Origin: Alphaproteobacteria bacterium
Lineage (GTDB): Bacteria > Pseudomonadota > Alphaproteobacteria > UBA828
DNA length: 64,000 bases
NCBI GenBank assembly: GCA_965220745.1
Contig: CBDCQT010000011.1
Location: 544,001-608,000 of the forward strand
Direction: 5' to 3'
In this document: positions 46,606-56,219 of the stretch, one piece after another
Layout: each line of letters begins with the position of its first letter
Numbering within the stretch: position 1 is the stretch's first letter
Notes under the pieces: model-generated
What the model was told of the DNA's origin: nothing
Seen by the model: the letters and a program-made list of their open reading frames with translations, nothing else
The model's database searches: none
Program-made: the position numbers and the translations under genes

Positions 46606-47895
46606 CTATCTGAATACTTGACCGCCTGCCTCGAGCACGGGCAGGGCAACGGCCATGTGCTGCTCCCACCACGCGGCGTGGTCGAGGAGATGGTCGAGCA
46701 CCAGGTTGCCGTCGGCACCGAGGTTGTAGATCGGCAGCGGCGTCAGCAGGTGGTTGTTGGCGCCATAGATCTCCTCACCACCCCAACGCGAGGGACCGAA
46801 GATCGGGTGATCGACGACCTCCGCGCCGAGCAAGGTCTTCATCACGACCTCGGAGTCGATGCTGGGCGACATCCTGATGCCGGCCTCGATCGTGCCGATC
46901 GCGGCATAGCCGATCGGGGTGTAGGGCGACCACTGGTCTTCGCCAAACTGCTCCACGTAAGTGGTGTAGAGCTCGTGGCCCTTGGGGCTGAAGGACGCCT
47001 CGGAGGCTTCGAAGGCGTAGCCGAAGTACATCCGCCCGGCGAGCACCTCGGCGGGCACCCGCTTCAGGATGATCGGCATGGTGAAGCCTTCGGCGCAGTA
47101 GACGCCCTTGAAGCCGAGCTGCTCGACGGTCTCCACCATGATGGCGAGCTGCGCCGGCACGAAGCCGAGCTGACAGATCATGTCCGGCTCGGATGCCATG
47201 AGCGGCGTCAGCAGGCCGAGCATGTCCTTGGTGGCGTCAGGCGAATAGCTCTCGTTGTAGACGATCTCCGCCTGGTCCGGGTGCGCCGCGACGCCGGCCT
47301 CGAAATAGGCCTTGGCCGCGAGACCGTAGGACGCGTCCGCCGTGATGATCGCGACCCGCTTCACATCCGGGTTGGCGGTGAGCGCGCGGCTTGCGACCAG
47401 CATGTAGGCCGCCGGCGAGCCGGTGATGCCGCCGATCAGGTACGGATGATCCTTGCTCAGATAACCCGCGCCGTAGGACGTGGTGAGCACGTGGTGGTCG
47501 GTGGTCATCTGGGCGATCGCCTGCCGGCTGCCCGGTGTGAAGGTCTGCAGCATGAACTTGATGCCGTCGTCCAGAATGGCGCGACGGCCGGCCTTCAGCT
47601 CCTCGCCCGGGATGTAGCAGACGTTGTCGTACGCCTTGATCTCGATCATGTAGCGCTTGCCGTCGCCGGCGAGCAGACCGCCCTCGGCGTTGAGCTGATC
47701 CGCCCAGATCTGCATGCCACGGGTGATGGGAATCCCCCATTGCCCGCAATCGCCGGCCTGCGGCTGGATCGCACCGACTTGGAGCGTCTCCTGTGCCGAT
47801 GCCGTTTCGGTGGTGGCTGTTACGGCCATGCCCAAAGCGGCCGCACCGGCAACTGCCGACAATGCTAGCCTGGGAATGCCCCTAGTGTTCCTCAT
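46606..47895 (-). CDS. HAAT ABC periplasmic binding protein (LivK-like fold, ligand unknown)
   Basis: Signal peptide ending ASA-QE; LQVGAI..G, NAEGG and YDN motifs; AGGGAG RBS; first gene of the liv-type operon. Confidence 0.88.
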   Translation of the reverse strand: MRNTRGIPRLALSAVAGAAALGMAVTATTETASAQETLQVGAIQPQAGDCGQWGIPITRGMQIWADQLNAEGGLLAGDGKRYMIEIKAYDNVCYIPGEELKAGRRAILDDGIKFMLQTFTPGSRQAIAQMTTDHHVLTTSYGAGYLSKDHPYLIGGITGSPAAYMLVASRALTANPDVKRVAIITADASYGLAAKAYFEAGVAAHPDQAEIVYNESYSPDATKDMLGLLTPLMASEPDMICQLGFVPAQLAIMVETVEQLGFKGVYCAEGFTMPIILKRVPAEVLAGRMYFGYAFEASEASFSPKGHELYTTYVEQFGEDQWSPYTPIGYAAIGTIEAGIRMSPSIDSEVVMKTLLGAEVVDHPIFGPSRWGGEEIYGANNHLLTPLPIYNLGADGNLVLDHLLDHAAWWEQHMAVALPVLEAGGQVFR

Positions 47896-48021
47896 AGTTC
47901 CCATCTCCCTACGTGTCAGAACCGCCATCGCTTTTAGAGACATTGCCCAGCCCCGTCAATCGACGGCGGTTGAACCGGCGGCGCGTTCATGGGATGGAGA
48001 TTGGCGGCGATGGGGAAGGGG

Positions 48022-48657
48022 ATGAGCCGGGGCACAGAGAGCGAATTCAGTCTCCGCCTCATGACGGCGGACGATATTGGGCGGGTGCCGATCGGCTGCC
48101 AGGGCGGCGAAGCGGCGCTCAGGGCGCGGATCGCCGACGTAGGCTCCGCCGCCGTCCTCGCCTTCGACGGCATCCAGCACGTGGCGCAGCTCCAGTTCCG
48201 TCGTTACGACCGTGAGTGCCGCTCGCCCAACGGCCTGTGGGACCCGCTCTACTGGGGTGAGTTCGGCGACGCCGCGCCCGCTCTGCCCGCCGATAGCCTC
48301 TCGATCTTCTGTTATCACGTGGGCCAGCTCGACGATTCGGAGCACCGGGATGCGCGCTACCAGGGCCGGGGCCTCGGCGTGGCACTTTTGGATTATCTGC
48401 TCGATTGGGCCGTTGGCGCGGGCTTCGCGGCGGTAACGGCGAAGGCGACGCCCTCGCACCGGGCGGTGATGGGCTTCATGGGCGGCCAGCCAGCGAGCAT
48501 CTATGAGGGGCGCGGCTTCGCGACCGAGGCGAGCTGGATTGACAGGCAATTGCTCGATGTGGTCCATGAGAAGGCGCTGGTGCCCGAGGGGACCGCGCCC
48601 GATGTCGCGGCGCGCGTCAGTCTGTGCGTGAAGCATCTCGCGGCGAAAGCCGAATAG
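48022..48657 (+). CDS. GNAT-family N-acetyltransferase-like protein
   Basis: YQGRGLGVALL acetyl-CoA-binding motif, IFCYHV and YEGRGF. Start uncertain. Confidence 0.7.
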   Translation: MSRGTESEFSLRLMTADDIGRVPIGCQGGEAALRARIADVGSAAVLAFDGIQHVAQLQFRRYDRECRSPNGLWDPLYWGEFGDAAPALPADSLSIFCYHVGQLDDSEHRDARYQGRGLGVALLDYLLDWAVGAGFAAVTAKATPSHRAVMGFMGGQPASIYEGRGFATEASWIDRQLLDVVHEKALVPEGTAPDVAARVSLCVKHLAAKAE

Positions 48658-48671
48658 TTCGGGGGAGGGGT

Positions 48672-49433
48672 ATGTCCAAGGTCATGATCGTTACGGGCGG
48701 CAGCCGCGGGATCGGCGCCGCCATTGCGCGGCTCGCCGGCACCAAGGGCTACGATGTCGCCGTCAACTACGCCCAGGCCAAGGATCGAGCGGAAGAGGTC
48801 GCGGCCGATATCGAGAAGACCGGCCAACGCGCCATCGCCGTCCAGGCCGACATGGGCAAGGAAGACAACATCCTGCGGATGCTGGAAACGGTCGACAACG
48901 AGCTCGGGCCGGTCTCCGCCATCGTCAACAACGCCGCGATCGACTACGAGACGTTGATCCCCGACATGACGTTGGAGGGGCTGGAACGCGTCTTCGCCAT
49001 CAACGTCTTCGGCCTCTTCGTCATCGCGCGCGAGGCCGTCACGCGCATGTCCACCAAGCACGGCGGCGACGGCGGCTCCATCGTGAACGTGGGCTCCATC
49101 TCGGCCCGCTATGGCGGTCTGCCGAGCGATGTTCCCTACGCGTCCTCCAAGGGCGCCGTGGATTCCTTTACCAAGGGCCTGGCCCACGAATATGCTGAGC
49201 ACGGCATCCGCGTGAACTGCGTGCGCCCCGGCCTCATCCTCACCGACATCTGGGAGCGTTCCATCGGGCCCGAGGCCGCCATCGCGCTCGGCAAGACCGG
49301 CTCGATGCTCAAGCGGATCGGCCAGCCCGAGGAAATCGCCACCATGGTACTGTGGCTCTGCTCGGACGAGGCCTCCTACGTCACCGCGGCGATCTACGAT
49401 GTCGACGGTGGGCGTGGCAACAGGCCGGCATGA
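48672..49433 (+). CDS. Short-chain dehydrogenase/reductase (YgfF-like)
   Basis: TGGSRGIG, NNAA, MSTKHGGDGG, YASSK and VRPGLI motifs. Confidence 0.9.
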   Translation: MSKVMIVTGGSRGIGAAIARLAGTKGYDVAVNYAQAKDRAEEVAADIEKTGQRAIAVQADMGKEDNILRMLETVDNELGPVSAIVNNAAIDYETLIPDMTLEGLERVFAINVFGLFVIAREAVTRMSTKHGGDGGSIVNVGSISARYGGLPSDVPYASSKGAVDSFTKGLAHEYAEHGIRVNCVRPGLILTDIWERSIGPEAAIALGKTGSMLKRIGQPEEIATMVLWLCSDEASYVTAAIYDVDGGRGNRPA

Positions 49434-49482
49434 GCGGAGCGCGCGCGGGTAACGAACGACCGTTTACGTTGGGAGGGAGCCG

Positions 49483-49821
49483 ATGAGCGGCATCAAGGTT
49501 ATGAGTTTGGGCGACGCGGAGGTTTACGAGGACGAGACCGTCATCAGCCGTCGCCTCGTCCGCCGCGCGCACGGGTCGGAAGAAATGTCGCTCAACGTCT
49601 CGACCCTGATGGAAGGCATGGAAGATCCGGACTGCGTCTATGCCGACTACGACGAGATCGTCTATGTCCTGAGCGGCACCGCGGAGTTGACCATCGACGG
49701 CGAAACGCAGACGGTGGGCAAGGGAACCGCCTTCTACGTCCCGCGCGGGGCCTCCTACGGCTACAAGGTGATCGAGGGACCCAATGACGTGATCGCGGTG
49801 TTCACGCCGGCCAAGACCTAG
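49483..49821 (+). CDS. Cupin domain protein
   Basis: DEIVYVLSG...YVPRG cupin pattern; the metal-binding His residues are absent. Confidence 0.8.
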   Translation: MSGIKVMSLGDAEVYEDETVISRRLVRRAHGSEEMSLNVSTLMEGMEDPDCVYADYDEIVYVLSGTAELTIDGETQTVGKGTAFYVPRGASYGYKVIEGPNDVIAVFTPAKT

Positions 49822-49850
49822 CGATGCCGCACGAGGCGGGAGGAAAGCGA

Positions 49851-51803
49851 ATGGCTCGATCGAAGAAGACCAATGGCAAGAGCCGCCCGGCGGCTCTCGG
49901 TCGCACGGCGCGCACCACGCTCCCCAAGGCCAGGAGCCGTAAGACGAACGGGCGTGCCGATATCGACCCGATCACCTTCTCGGTCATCCTCAACCGCTTC
50001 AATACGATCGCCAACGAAATGACGCTCGTCATGGAGCGCACGGCGTGGACCTCCATCATCGCGCTCTCGCACGACTTCTCGTGCGCGATCTACGACCGCA
50101 AGGACCGGCAGGTCTGCATGATGGACGCGCTGCCGATCCACACGAACTCCATGCACGTCGTGCTGAAGGAGATCGCGCGCGTCTTCGACGGCGACATTCA
50201 CGACGGCGACGTGATCGTCTGCAACGACCCCTACAGCGGCAACACCCACGTGGGCGACTTCGTGACCGCGTGCCCCGTCTTCTACAAGGGCGAGCACCTG
50301 TTCTGGAGCGTGACCAAGGGCCATCAGCTCGATTGCGGCGCCTTCATGCCGACCAGCGTCCCCGCTGCGGCGAAGGACGTGTGGCAGGAGGGCCTGCAGC
50401 TCCCGCCGATCAAGTTCTACAAGAAGGGCAAGCCCTGCGAGGACATCATCCGCATGTACCTCGCCAACGTGCGCTGGAAAGACTGGCTCTACGGAGACCT
50501 GATGGCGCAGCTCGGGTCCATCTGGACCGGCCGGCGGCGCATCCTCGAAATGCTGGAGCGCTACGGCAAGGACGAGCTAGAGGGCTATATCGACGCGATC
50601 TTCGAGTATTCGGATCAGCGCATGGCGGCCGAAATCCGCGACATGCCCGACGGCGAGTATCACGGCGATGCCTGGCTCGATACCGACGGCCAGGGCGGCA
50701 CGAACATCCCGATTCACGCCAAGGTCACGATCAAGGGCGACAGGGCGCACGTGGATTTCACGGGCTCCGCGCCGCAGACGCCCGGCTCCAACAACAGCAC
50801 CCAGGGCGTGATGCAGGCGGCGGCCGGCATTCCGATCATGTGCATGATCGACCCCACCATTCCGCACAATGACGGCTGTCTGCGGCACATCACGGCGGAG
50901 GCGCCGGCAGGCACGGTCTGCAACGCCAACCACCCGTCCTCGACTGCACTGGCAACGATCTGCCCCGGCGACACCATGCAGATCGCGGTGTGGAAGGCGT
51001 TGGCCAGGGCCATGCCGGAGCGCGCCACCGGCGGCATGCCCGCCATTCATTGCGTGCCCATGTTCTCTGGCACCGACCAGCGTAACGGCGAGTCCAAGGA
51101 GTGGGGCAGCATGGTGTTCAACGCGTCGCCCGGCGGGGGCGCCGGGGTCGGCACCGACGGCTGGCCCATCATGCTCTCGCCCGCCGCCCTCGGCGGGCAG
51201 AAGATCATCAGCGTCGAGGTGAGCGAGATGCTCTACCCGATGCACTTCGACAAGCAGGAGATCGCCGCTGATTCCATGGGGCATGGGGAGGACATCGGCG
51301 GCCCCGGCGTGGATATCCGGATTCGCCCGATGAGCGGGGCGATGGACTGCAATATATTCGGCGACGGCAACATGAACCCACCCTACGGCACGGTCGGCGG
51401 GACGCCCGGCATCGGCGGCGGCAACTACAAGGAGAACCTCTCCACCGGCAAGCGCACCTTCTGCTCGGCCAAGGGAAACATGGTCATCGGGGAAGACGAA
51501 GTCTGGGTGGGCCTTTCCACGGGCGGCGGGGGGCGAGGCGATCCATTGGATCGCGATCCCCAAGCCGTGCTGGAGAGCGTCCTCGACGGCATGATCTCGC
51601 TCGAGAGTGCCGAGGACGTTTACGGTGTCGCAATCGACCGGGCGACTATGACAGTCGATCTGGCAGCAACCGATTCGCTGCGCGCAAGGATGCGCGCGGC
51701 GCGGGGCCCGATCGACGTCGTCAGGCCCGATCGCGCCGACGCGGGCGATTGGGTGCAGCGGAACTTGCGTCAGGGCGACGACTATCTGATCGACCCGCAG
51801 TAG
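49851..51803 (+). CDS. hyuB: Hydantoinase B/oxoprolinase family subunit (basic-tail paralog 2)
   Basis: DPITFSV, HDFSCA, NDPYSGNTHVGD and GHQLD motifs; GGGAGG RBS. Confidence 0.92.
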   Translation: MARSKKTNGKSRPAALGRTARTTLPKARSRKTNGRADIDPITFSVILNRFNTIANEMTLVMERTAWTSIIALSHDFSCAIYDRKDRQVCMMDALPIHTNSMHVVLKEIARVFDGDIHDGDVIVCNDPYSGNTHVGDFVTACPVFYKGEHLFWSVTKGHQLDCGAFMPTSVPAAAKDVWQEGLQLPPIKFYKKGKPCEDIIRMYLANVRWKDWLYGDLMAQLGSIWTGRRRILEMLERYGKDELEGYIDAIFEYSDQRMAAEIRDMPDGEYHGDAWLDTDGQGGTNIPIHAKVTIKGDRAHVDFTGSAPQTPGSNNSTQGVMQAAAGIPIMCMIDPTIPHNDGCLRHITAEAPAGTVCNANHPSSTALATICPGDTMQIAVWKALARAMPERATGGMPAIHCVPMFSGTDQRNGESKEWGSMVFNASPGGGAGVGTDGWPIMLSPAALGGQKIISVEVSEMLYPMHFDKQEIAADSMGHGEDIGGPGVDIRIRPMSGAMDCNIFGDGNMNPPYGTVGGTPGIGGGNYKENLSTGKRTFCSAKGNMVIGEDEVWVGLSTGGGGRGDPLDRDPQAVLESVLDGMISLESAEDVYGVAIDRATMTVDLAATDSLRARMRAARGPIDVVRPDRADAGDWVQRNLRQGDDYLIDPQ

Positions 51804-51828
51804 CTGACAAAGCGGAGATTCCAGGAAC

Positions 51829-52227
51829 ATGACCGACGCGGAACGGGACGCCTTCCTGCGCGAGACCCGCATTGCCACCCTCTGCACGCTGAACGAAGAC
51901 GGCTCGCCCAACGCGCTGCCGCTCTGGTACGAGTGGGACGGCGAGAAGGCCCGCATGTTCTCGATGCTGGACACCGGCAAGGTGAAGCGGCTGCGGCGCG
52001 ATCCGCGCGCCTGCCTCAGTGTGGCCGACCCTGTCGGCGCGCCCGAGGCGTGGGTCACAGTGGAAGGGACGATCGAAATTTTCGACGAGGGCGGCAAGGA
52101 GTTCGGACTCGAACTCACCAAACGCTACTACGAGAGCCCGCGGCGGGAGGAAGCCATCGCCGAGTGGTCCGCAAGGGACGACTGGGTCCTGCTGGAGCTC
52201 ACGCCGACCCGTTTCTTCACGTATTAG
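51829..52227 (+). CDS. Pyridoxamine 5'-phosphate oxidase (PPOX/FDOR) family protein
   Basis: ERDAFL, ATLCTLNEDGSP, PLWY, KVKRLRRDPR and VTVEG motifs. Confidence 0.85.
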   Translation: MTDAERDAFLRETRIATLCTLNEDGSPNALPLWYEWDGEKARMFSMLDTGKVKRLRRDPRACLSVADPVGAPEAWVTVEGTIEIFDEGGKEFGLELTKRYYESPRREEAIAEWSARDDWVLLELTPTRFFTY

Positions 52228-52246
52228 TGCCTGAGGCGAGCTTCCG

Positions 52247-53017
52247 TTGAAGATCGCGGACAAGTCCGTCGTCGTCACTGGCGGCGCGAGCGGGATCGGG
52301 CTCGCGCTGGCGCGTCGCTTCAGGGCGGAGGGCGCGCGAGGCATCGTTCTGGCCGATCTGCAGGAGGACGCCCTGTTGAAGGCCTCCGGCGAGATCGACG
52401 CCCTGGCGGTTCCCTGCGATGTGGCGGACGAAGCCGACATCAAGCGCCTCGTTGCCGCTGCGGAGGACGCCTTTGGGCCGATCGACGTGTTCGTCTCCAA
52501 TGCCGGGATCGCGCGCATGGGCGGCGTCGATGCCCCGGATGAGGAGTGGCGGCAGAACTGGGACATCCACGTCATGGCCCACATCTACGCGGCGCGGGCG
52601 GTGGCGCCCAAGATGGCGGCGCGCGGCAGCGGCTATCTGGTCAACACGGCATCGGCCGCGGGCCTCCTCAGCCATGTGGAATCGGCGACCTATACGGTGA
52701 CCAAGCATGCCGCCGTGGCCTTCGCCGAGTGGCTCTCGATCGCCTACGGCGACCGGGGGGTGCGGGTTTCGGTGCTCTGCCCGCAGGCGGTCCGCACCGC
52801 AATGCTCACGGGCCGGGACGAGGGCGTCGCCAGCCTCGACGGCGTGCTGGAGCCGGAACAGGTGGCCGACAGCGTGATCGCGGCGATGGAGCGGGAGGAG
52901 TTCTTGATCCTTCCCCACGCCGAGGTGCAGGGCTACGTGGAGCGCAAGGCCTCGGATCGCGAGCGCTGGCTCAGGGGGATGCGCAAGCTGCGCGCGGCAC
53001 ACGGAGGAGCCGCCTAG
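52247..53017 (+). CDS. Short-chain dehydrogenase/reductase
   Basis: TGGASGIG, SNAG, VMAH, NTASAAG, YTVTK and LCPQAVRT motifs. Confidence 0.9.
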   Translation: MKIADKSVVVTGGASGIGLALARRFRAEGARGIVLADLQEDALLKASGEIDALAVPCDVADEADIKRLVAAAEDAFGPIDVFVSNAGIARMGGVDAPDEEWRQNWDIHVMAHIYAARAVAPKMAARGSGYLVNTASAAGLLSHVESATYTVTKHAAVAFAEWLSIAYGDRGVRVSVLCPQAVRTAMLTGRDEGVASLDGVLEPEQVADSVIAAMEREEFLILPHAEVQGYVERKASDRERWLRGMRKLRAAHGGAA

Positions 53018-53020
53018 CCC

Positions 53021-54772
53021 ATGGGCCGTCGTTTGAGCCGGGTGGAGGCCCACGAGCGCCTTGTGGGCGCCGGGCTCCCCTTCGCGCTTGAAGAGATCGA
53101 GATCCGGGGCGTCGTCGTCCGTGCGTGGACGAACGCGCCGCGCACGCTTGGCGACGTTCTTGCCGCCTCGGCAGAGCATGGCGAGAGGGCGTGCCTCGTG
53201 CTCGACCGCGAGCGCCTGAGCTACGCCGACCACCATCGCCAGGCGTGCCGGTTGGCGCAGGCCCTGCGGACGCGCTACGGCATCCGTAAGGGCGACCGGG
53301 TCGCGATCGCGATGCGCAACCTGCCGGAATGGTCCGTCGCGTTCTGGGCCATCACCGGCATCGGCGCCATCGTGGTGCCCCTCAACGCCTGGTTCACCGC
53401 ACGCGAGCTCGCCTACTGCGTGGCCGATTCCGGTTCGCTGGTGGTGGTGGCGGACGGCAAGCGTGCGGCGCTGCTCGCCTCCTGTGAGGAAGACCTCGGC
53501 CTGCGGGGCCTGATCGTCGTGCGCGGCGAGGAGGCTGAAGTCAGTGACGGCGTTGCACTCTGGAACGACGTGCTCGCCACCGCAGACGACGATCAATCGC
53601 TTTCTGACGTGCCGATCGAGCCCGACGACGACGCCACGATCTTCTATACCTCCGGCACCACGGGGACGCCCAAGGGCGCGGTCGGTACGCACCGCAACAT
53701 CTGCACCAACATCATGACGGTGGCCTACCGCGGCGCCGTGCGGCAGCTCGGTCGCGGCGTGACGCCGGTGTGGCTCGGCGGGCCGGTGCCGCATCCCACA
53801 GTGCTGGTGCCGGCGCCGTTCTTCCACGTCACCGGCTGCCACTCGATCCTGGCGCCGGCCATCTTCGGCGGCACCACCCTGATCCTGATGCATCGGTGGG
53901 ACCCGGAGCGGGCGCTCGCGCTGATCGAGCACGAGAGCGTCACGCATTTCACCGGCGTGCCGGGCATGGCCCTGCAGATGCTCGAATCGCCGGGCTTCGC
54001 CGACCACGACACCTCGTCGCTGATCGGCCTCAACTATGGCGGCACGCCGCCACCGGTCAGGCTGCTGGACCGTATTGCGGAGCTGTTGCCGCAGGCGGAG
54101 GCCGAGAACGGCTACGGCCTCACCGAAGCCTCCTCCCTCGTAAGCTACAACGCGGGCGAGAGCTATCGCCGCCACCCTGACAGCGCCGGCATTTCCGTGC
54201 CCACGTGCGACATCAAGATCGTCGACGAGAGCGGCGTGACGGTGCCCGCAGGCGTGCGCGGCGAGGTCTGCGTGCGGGGGCCCAACATCGTCAGGGGCTA
54301 CTGGAACCAGCCCGAGGCGAGCGCCGAGACCTTCCGCGACGGCTGGCTGCACACCGGCGACATCGGGCTGCTGGATGAGGACGGTTTGCTCTTCCTGCTC
54401 GACCGCGCCAAGGACATGCTGATCAGGGGCGGCGAGAACGTCTATTGCGTCGAGGTGGAGAACGCGCTTTGTAGTCACCCGGCGGTCAAGGACGCGGCCG
54501 TGATCGGCAAACCGCACCCTGTGCTCGGACAGGAGGTCGCGGCGGTCGTGCAGGTCTCGGCCGGGCAGGCGGTGGGCGAGGCGGCGTTGATCGAGCATTG
54601 CCGCTCGCGCATTGCCGCGTTCAAGGTGCCGGCGACGATCGAGGTGCGGACCGAGCCGCTGCCGGTCAACGCGAACGGCAAGGTCATCAAGCGGCAGCTT
54701 CAGGACGAGCTGTTTGCGGTTTCGGACGAAGGAACGGGCTGCAGCGGCGGCCAACCGAGCGACGAGCGATAG
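53021..54772 (+). CDS. Class I adenylate-forming enzyme (acyl-CoA ligase)
   Basis: YTSGTTGTPKG, GYGLTE, GWLHTGD, RGGEN and NGKVIK motifs. Confidence 0.92.
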   Translation: MGRRLSRVEAHERLVGAGLPFALEEIEIRGVVVRAWTNAPRTLGDVLAASAEHGERACLVLDRERLSYADHHRQACRLAQALRTRYGIRKGDRVAIAMRNLPEWSVAFWAITGIGAIVVPLNAWFTARELAYCVADSGSLVVVADGKRAALLASCEEDLGLRGLIVVRGEEAEVSDGVALWNDVLATADDDQSLSDVPIEPDDDATIFYTSGTTGTPKGAVGTHRNICTNIMTVAYRGAVRQLGRGVTPVWLGGPVPHPTVLVPAPFFHVTGCHSILAPAIFGGTTLILMHRWDPERALALIEHESVTHFTGVPGMALQMLESPGFADHDTSSLIGLNYGGTPPPVRLLDRIAELLPQAEAENGYGLTEASSLVSYNAGESYRRHPDSAGISVPTCDIKIVDESGVTVPAGVRGEVCVRGPNIVRGYWNQPEASAETFRDGWLHTGDIGLLDEDGLLFLLDRAKDMLIRGGENVYCVEVENALCSHPAVKDAAVIGKPHPVLGQEVAAVVQVSAGQAVGEAALIEHCRSRIAAFKVPATIEVRTEPLPVNANGKVIKRQLQDELFAVSDEGTGCSGGQPSDER

Positions 54773-54789
54773 CGGCGGGAGAACCGGAC

Positions 54790-56199
54790 ATGGACATCGA
54801 ACAGGCCCACAACCTCTCTCTCGAGGAGATGGACAAGCAGAGCTTTCTGCACCCCTACACGGCTCTCAAGCCGCATCTCGAGAACGGGCCCAACATCATC
54901 AAGTCGGGCAGCGGCGTGCGGCTCACCAACGCGGCGGGCAAGTCGTACATCGACGGCATGGCCGGCCTCTGGTGCGTCAACATCGGCTGGGGCCACCGGG
55001 AAGTGGTCGACGCGATCACCGAGCAGGCCGAGAACCTGGCCTACTACCACAGCTTCTTCTCGATGGGGACGGAAGCGCCCATCCGCCTGGCGGACCGCAT
55101 CCTGCGCCTGGTGCCCGGCAACATGAGCAAGGTGTTCTTCGGCAATTCGGGCTCGGACGCGAACGACACCAATGTAAAATTGGTTCACTACTACAACAAC
55201 TTGCGCGGCAAGCCCGAGAAGAAGAAAATCATCTCCCGTAAGCGGGCTTACCACGGCGTCACGGTCGCGTCGGCGAGCCTGACAGGATTGCCGAGCATTC
55301 ACACGGCGTTCGATCTGCCGCTACCGACAGTCCTCCATACCGAGACCCCGCACCACTGGCGGAACGCCGAGCCGGGGATGAGCGAGCGCGACTTTTCCAA
55401 GTGGTGCGCGCAGAAGCTGGAGGAGATGATCCTCGCCGAGGGGCCAGAGACCGTGGCCGCGTTCATCGCCGAGCCGGTGATGGGCGCGGGCGGCGTGATC
55501 ATCCCGCCGGAGGGCTATTTCCCCGAAATGCAGAGGGTTCTGCGCAAGTACGACATGCTGATGATCGCCGACGAGGTCATCACCGGCTTCGGTCGCACCG
55601 GCAACTGGTTCGGCTCCCAGACCTACGACATCGAGCCCGACATCATCACCATCGCCAAGGGGCTGACGAGCGGCTACGTGCCCATGTCGGGCAGCATCAT
55701 CTCCGACGAGATCTGGCAGGTGATCAAGGAGGGGGCGCCCGGCGTCGCATACTTCGCGCACGGCTACACCTACTCCGCACATCCCGTGGCGGCGGCGGCG
55801 GCCATGGCCAACATCGACATCATGGAGCGGCTGGACCTGCCGGCGAAATGCGCCGAGGTCGGCAGCTACTTCCAGCGGCGGCTGCGCGAGGTCGCCGCGG
55901 ACCATCCTCTGGTCGGCGAGGTGCGCGGCGAGGCCCTGCTGGCGGCCGTCGAGCTGGTCAAGGACAAGGAGACCAGGGAGTCCTTCGACCCCGCCCTGCT
56001 CGTGGGGCCGACGCTGAGCAAGTACACGATCGAGGAGGGGCTCATCATCCGCGCCCTGCCGCTCAGCGATGCAGTCTCCTTCTCGCCGCCCCTGGTCATC
56101 ACCGAGGCCGAGGTGGACGAGGCGCTCGTGCTGTTCAAGCGCGCGTTGGATCGCGTCACCGACGAGCTGGTCAAGGACGGCACTTGGACGCCTAAGTAG
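54790..56199 (+). CDS. Class III omega-amino acid/amine aminotransferase
   Basis: DGMAGLWCVN, SGSDAND, AYHG, FIAEPVMGAGG, ADEVITGFGRTG, AKGLTSGY and HGYTYSAHP motifs. Confidence 0.92.
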   Translation: MDIEQAHNLSLEEMDKQSFLHPYTALKPHLENGPNIIKSGSGVRLTNAAGKSYIDGMAGLWCVNIGWGHREVVDAITEQAENLAYYHSFFSMGTEAPIRLADRILRLVPGNMSKVFFGNSGSDANDTNVKLVHYYNNLRGKPEKKKIISRKRAYHGVTVASASLTGLPSIHTAFDLPLPTVLHTETPHHWRNAEPGMSERDFSKWCAQKLEEMILAEGPETVAAFIAEPVMGAGGVIIPPEGYFPEMQRVLRKYDMLMIADEVITGFGRTGNWFGSQTYDIEPDIITIAKGLTSGYVPMSGSIISDEIWQVIKEGAPGVAYFAHGYTYSAHPVAAAAAMANIDIMERLDLPAKCAEVGSYFQRRLREVAADHPLVGEVRGEALLAAVELVKDKETRESFDPALLVGPTLSKYTIEEGLIIRALPLSDAVSFSPPLVITEAEVDEALVLFKRALDRVTDELVKDGTWTPK

Positions 56200-56219
56200 T
56201 CCGCTCGTCGGCCGATAGG

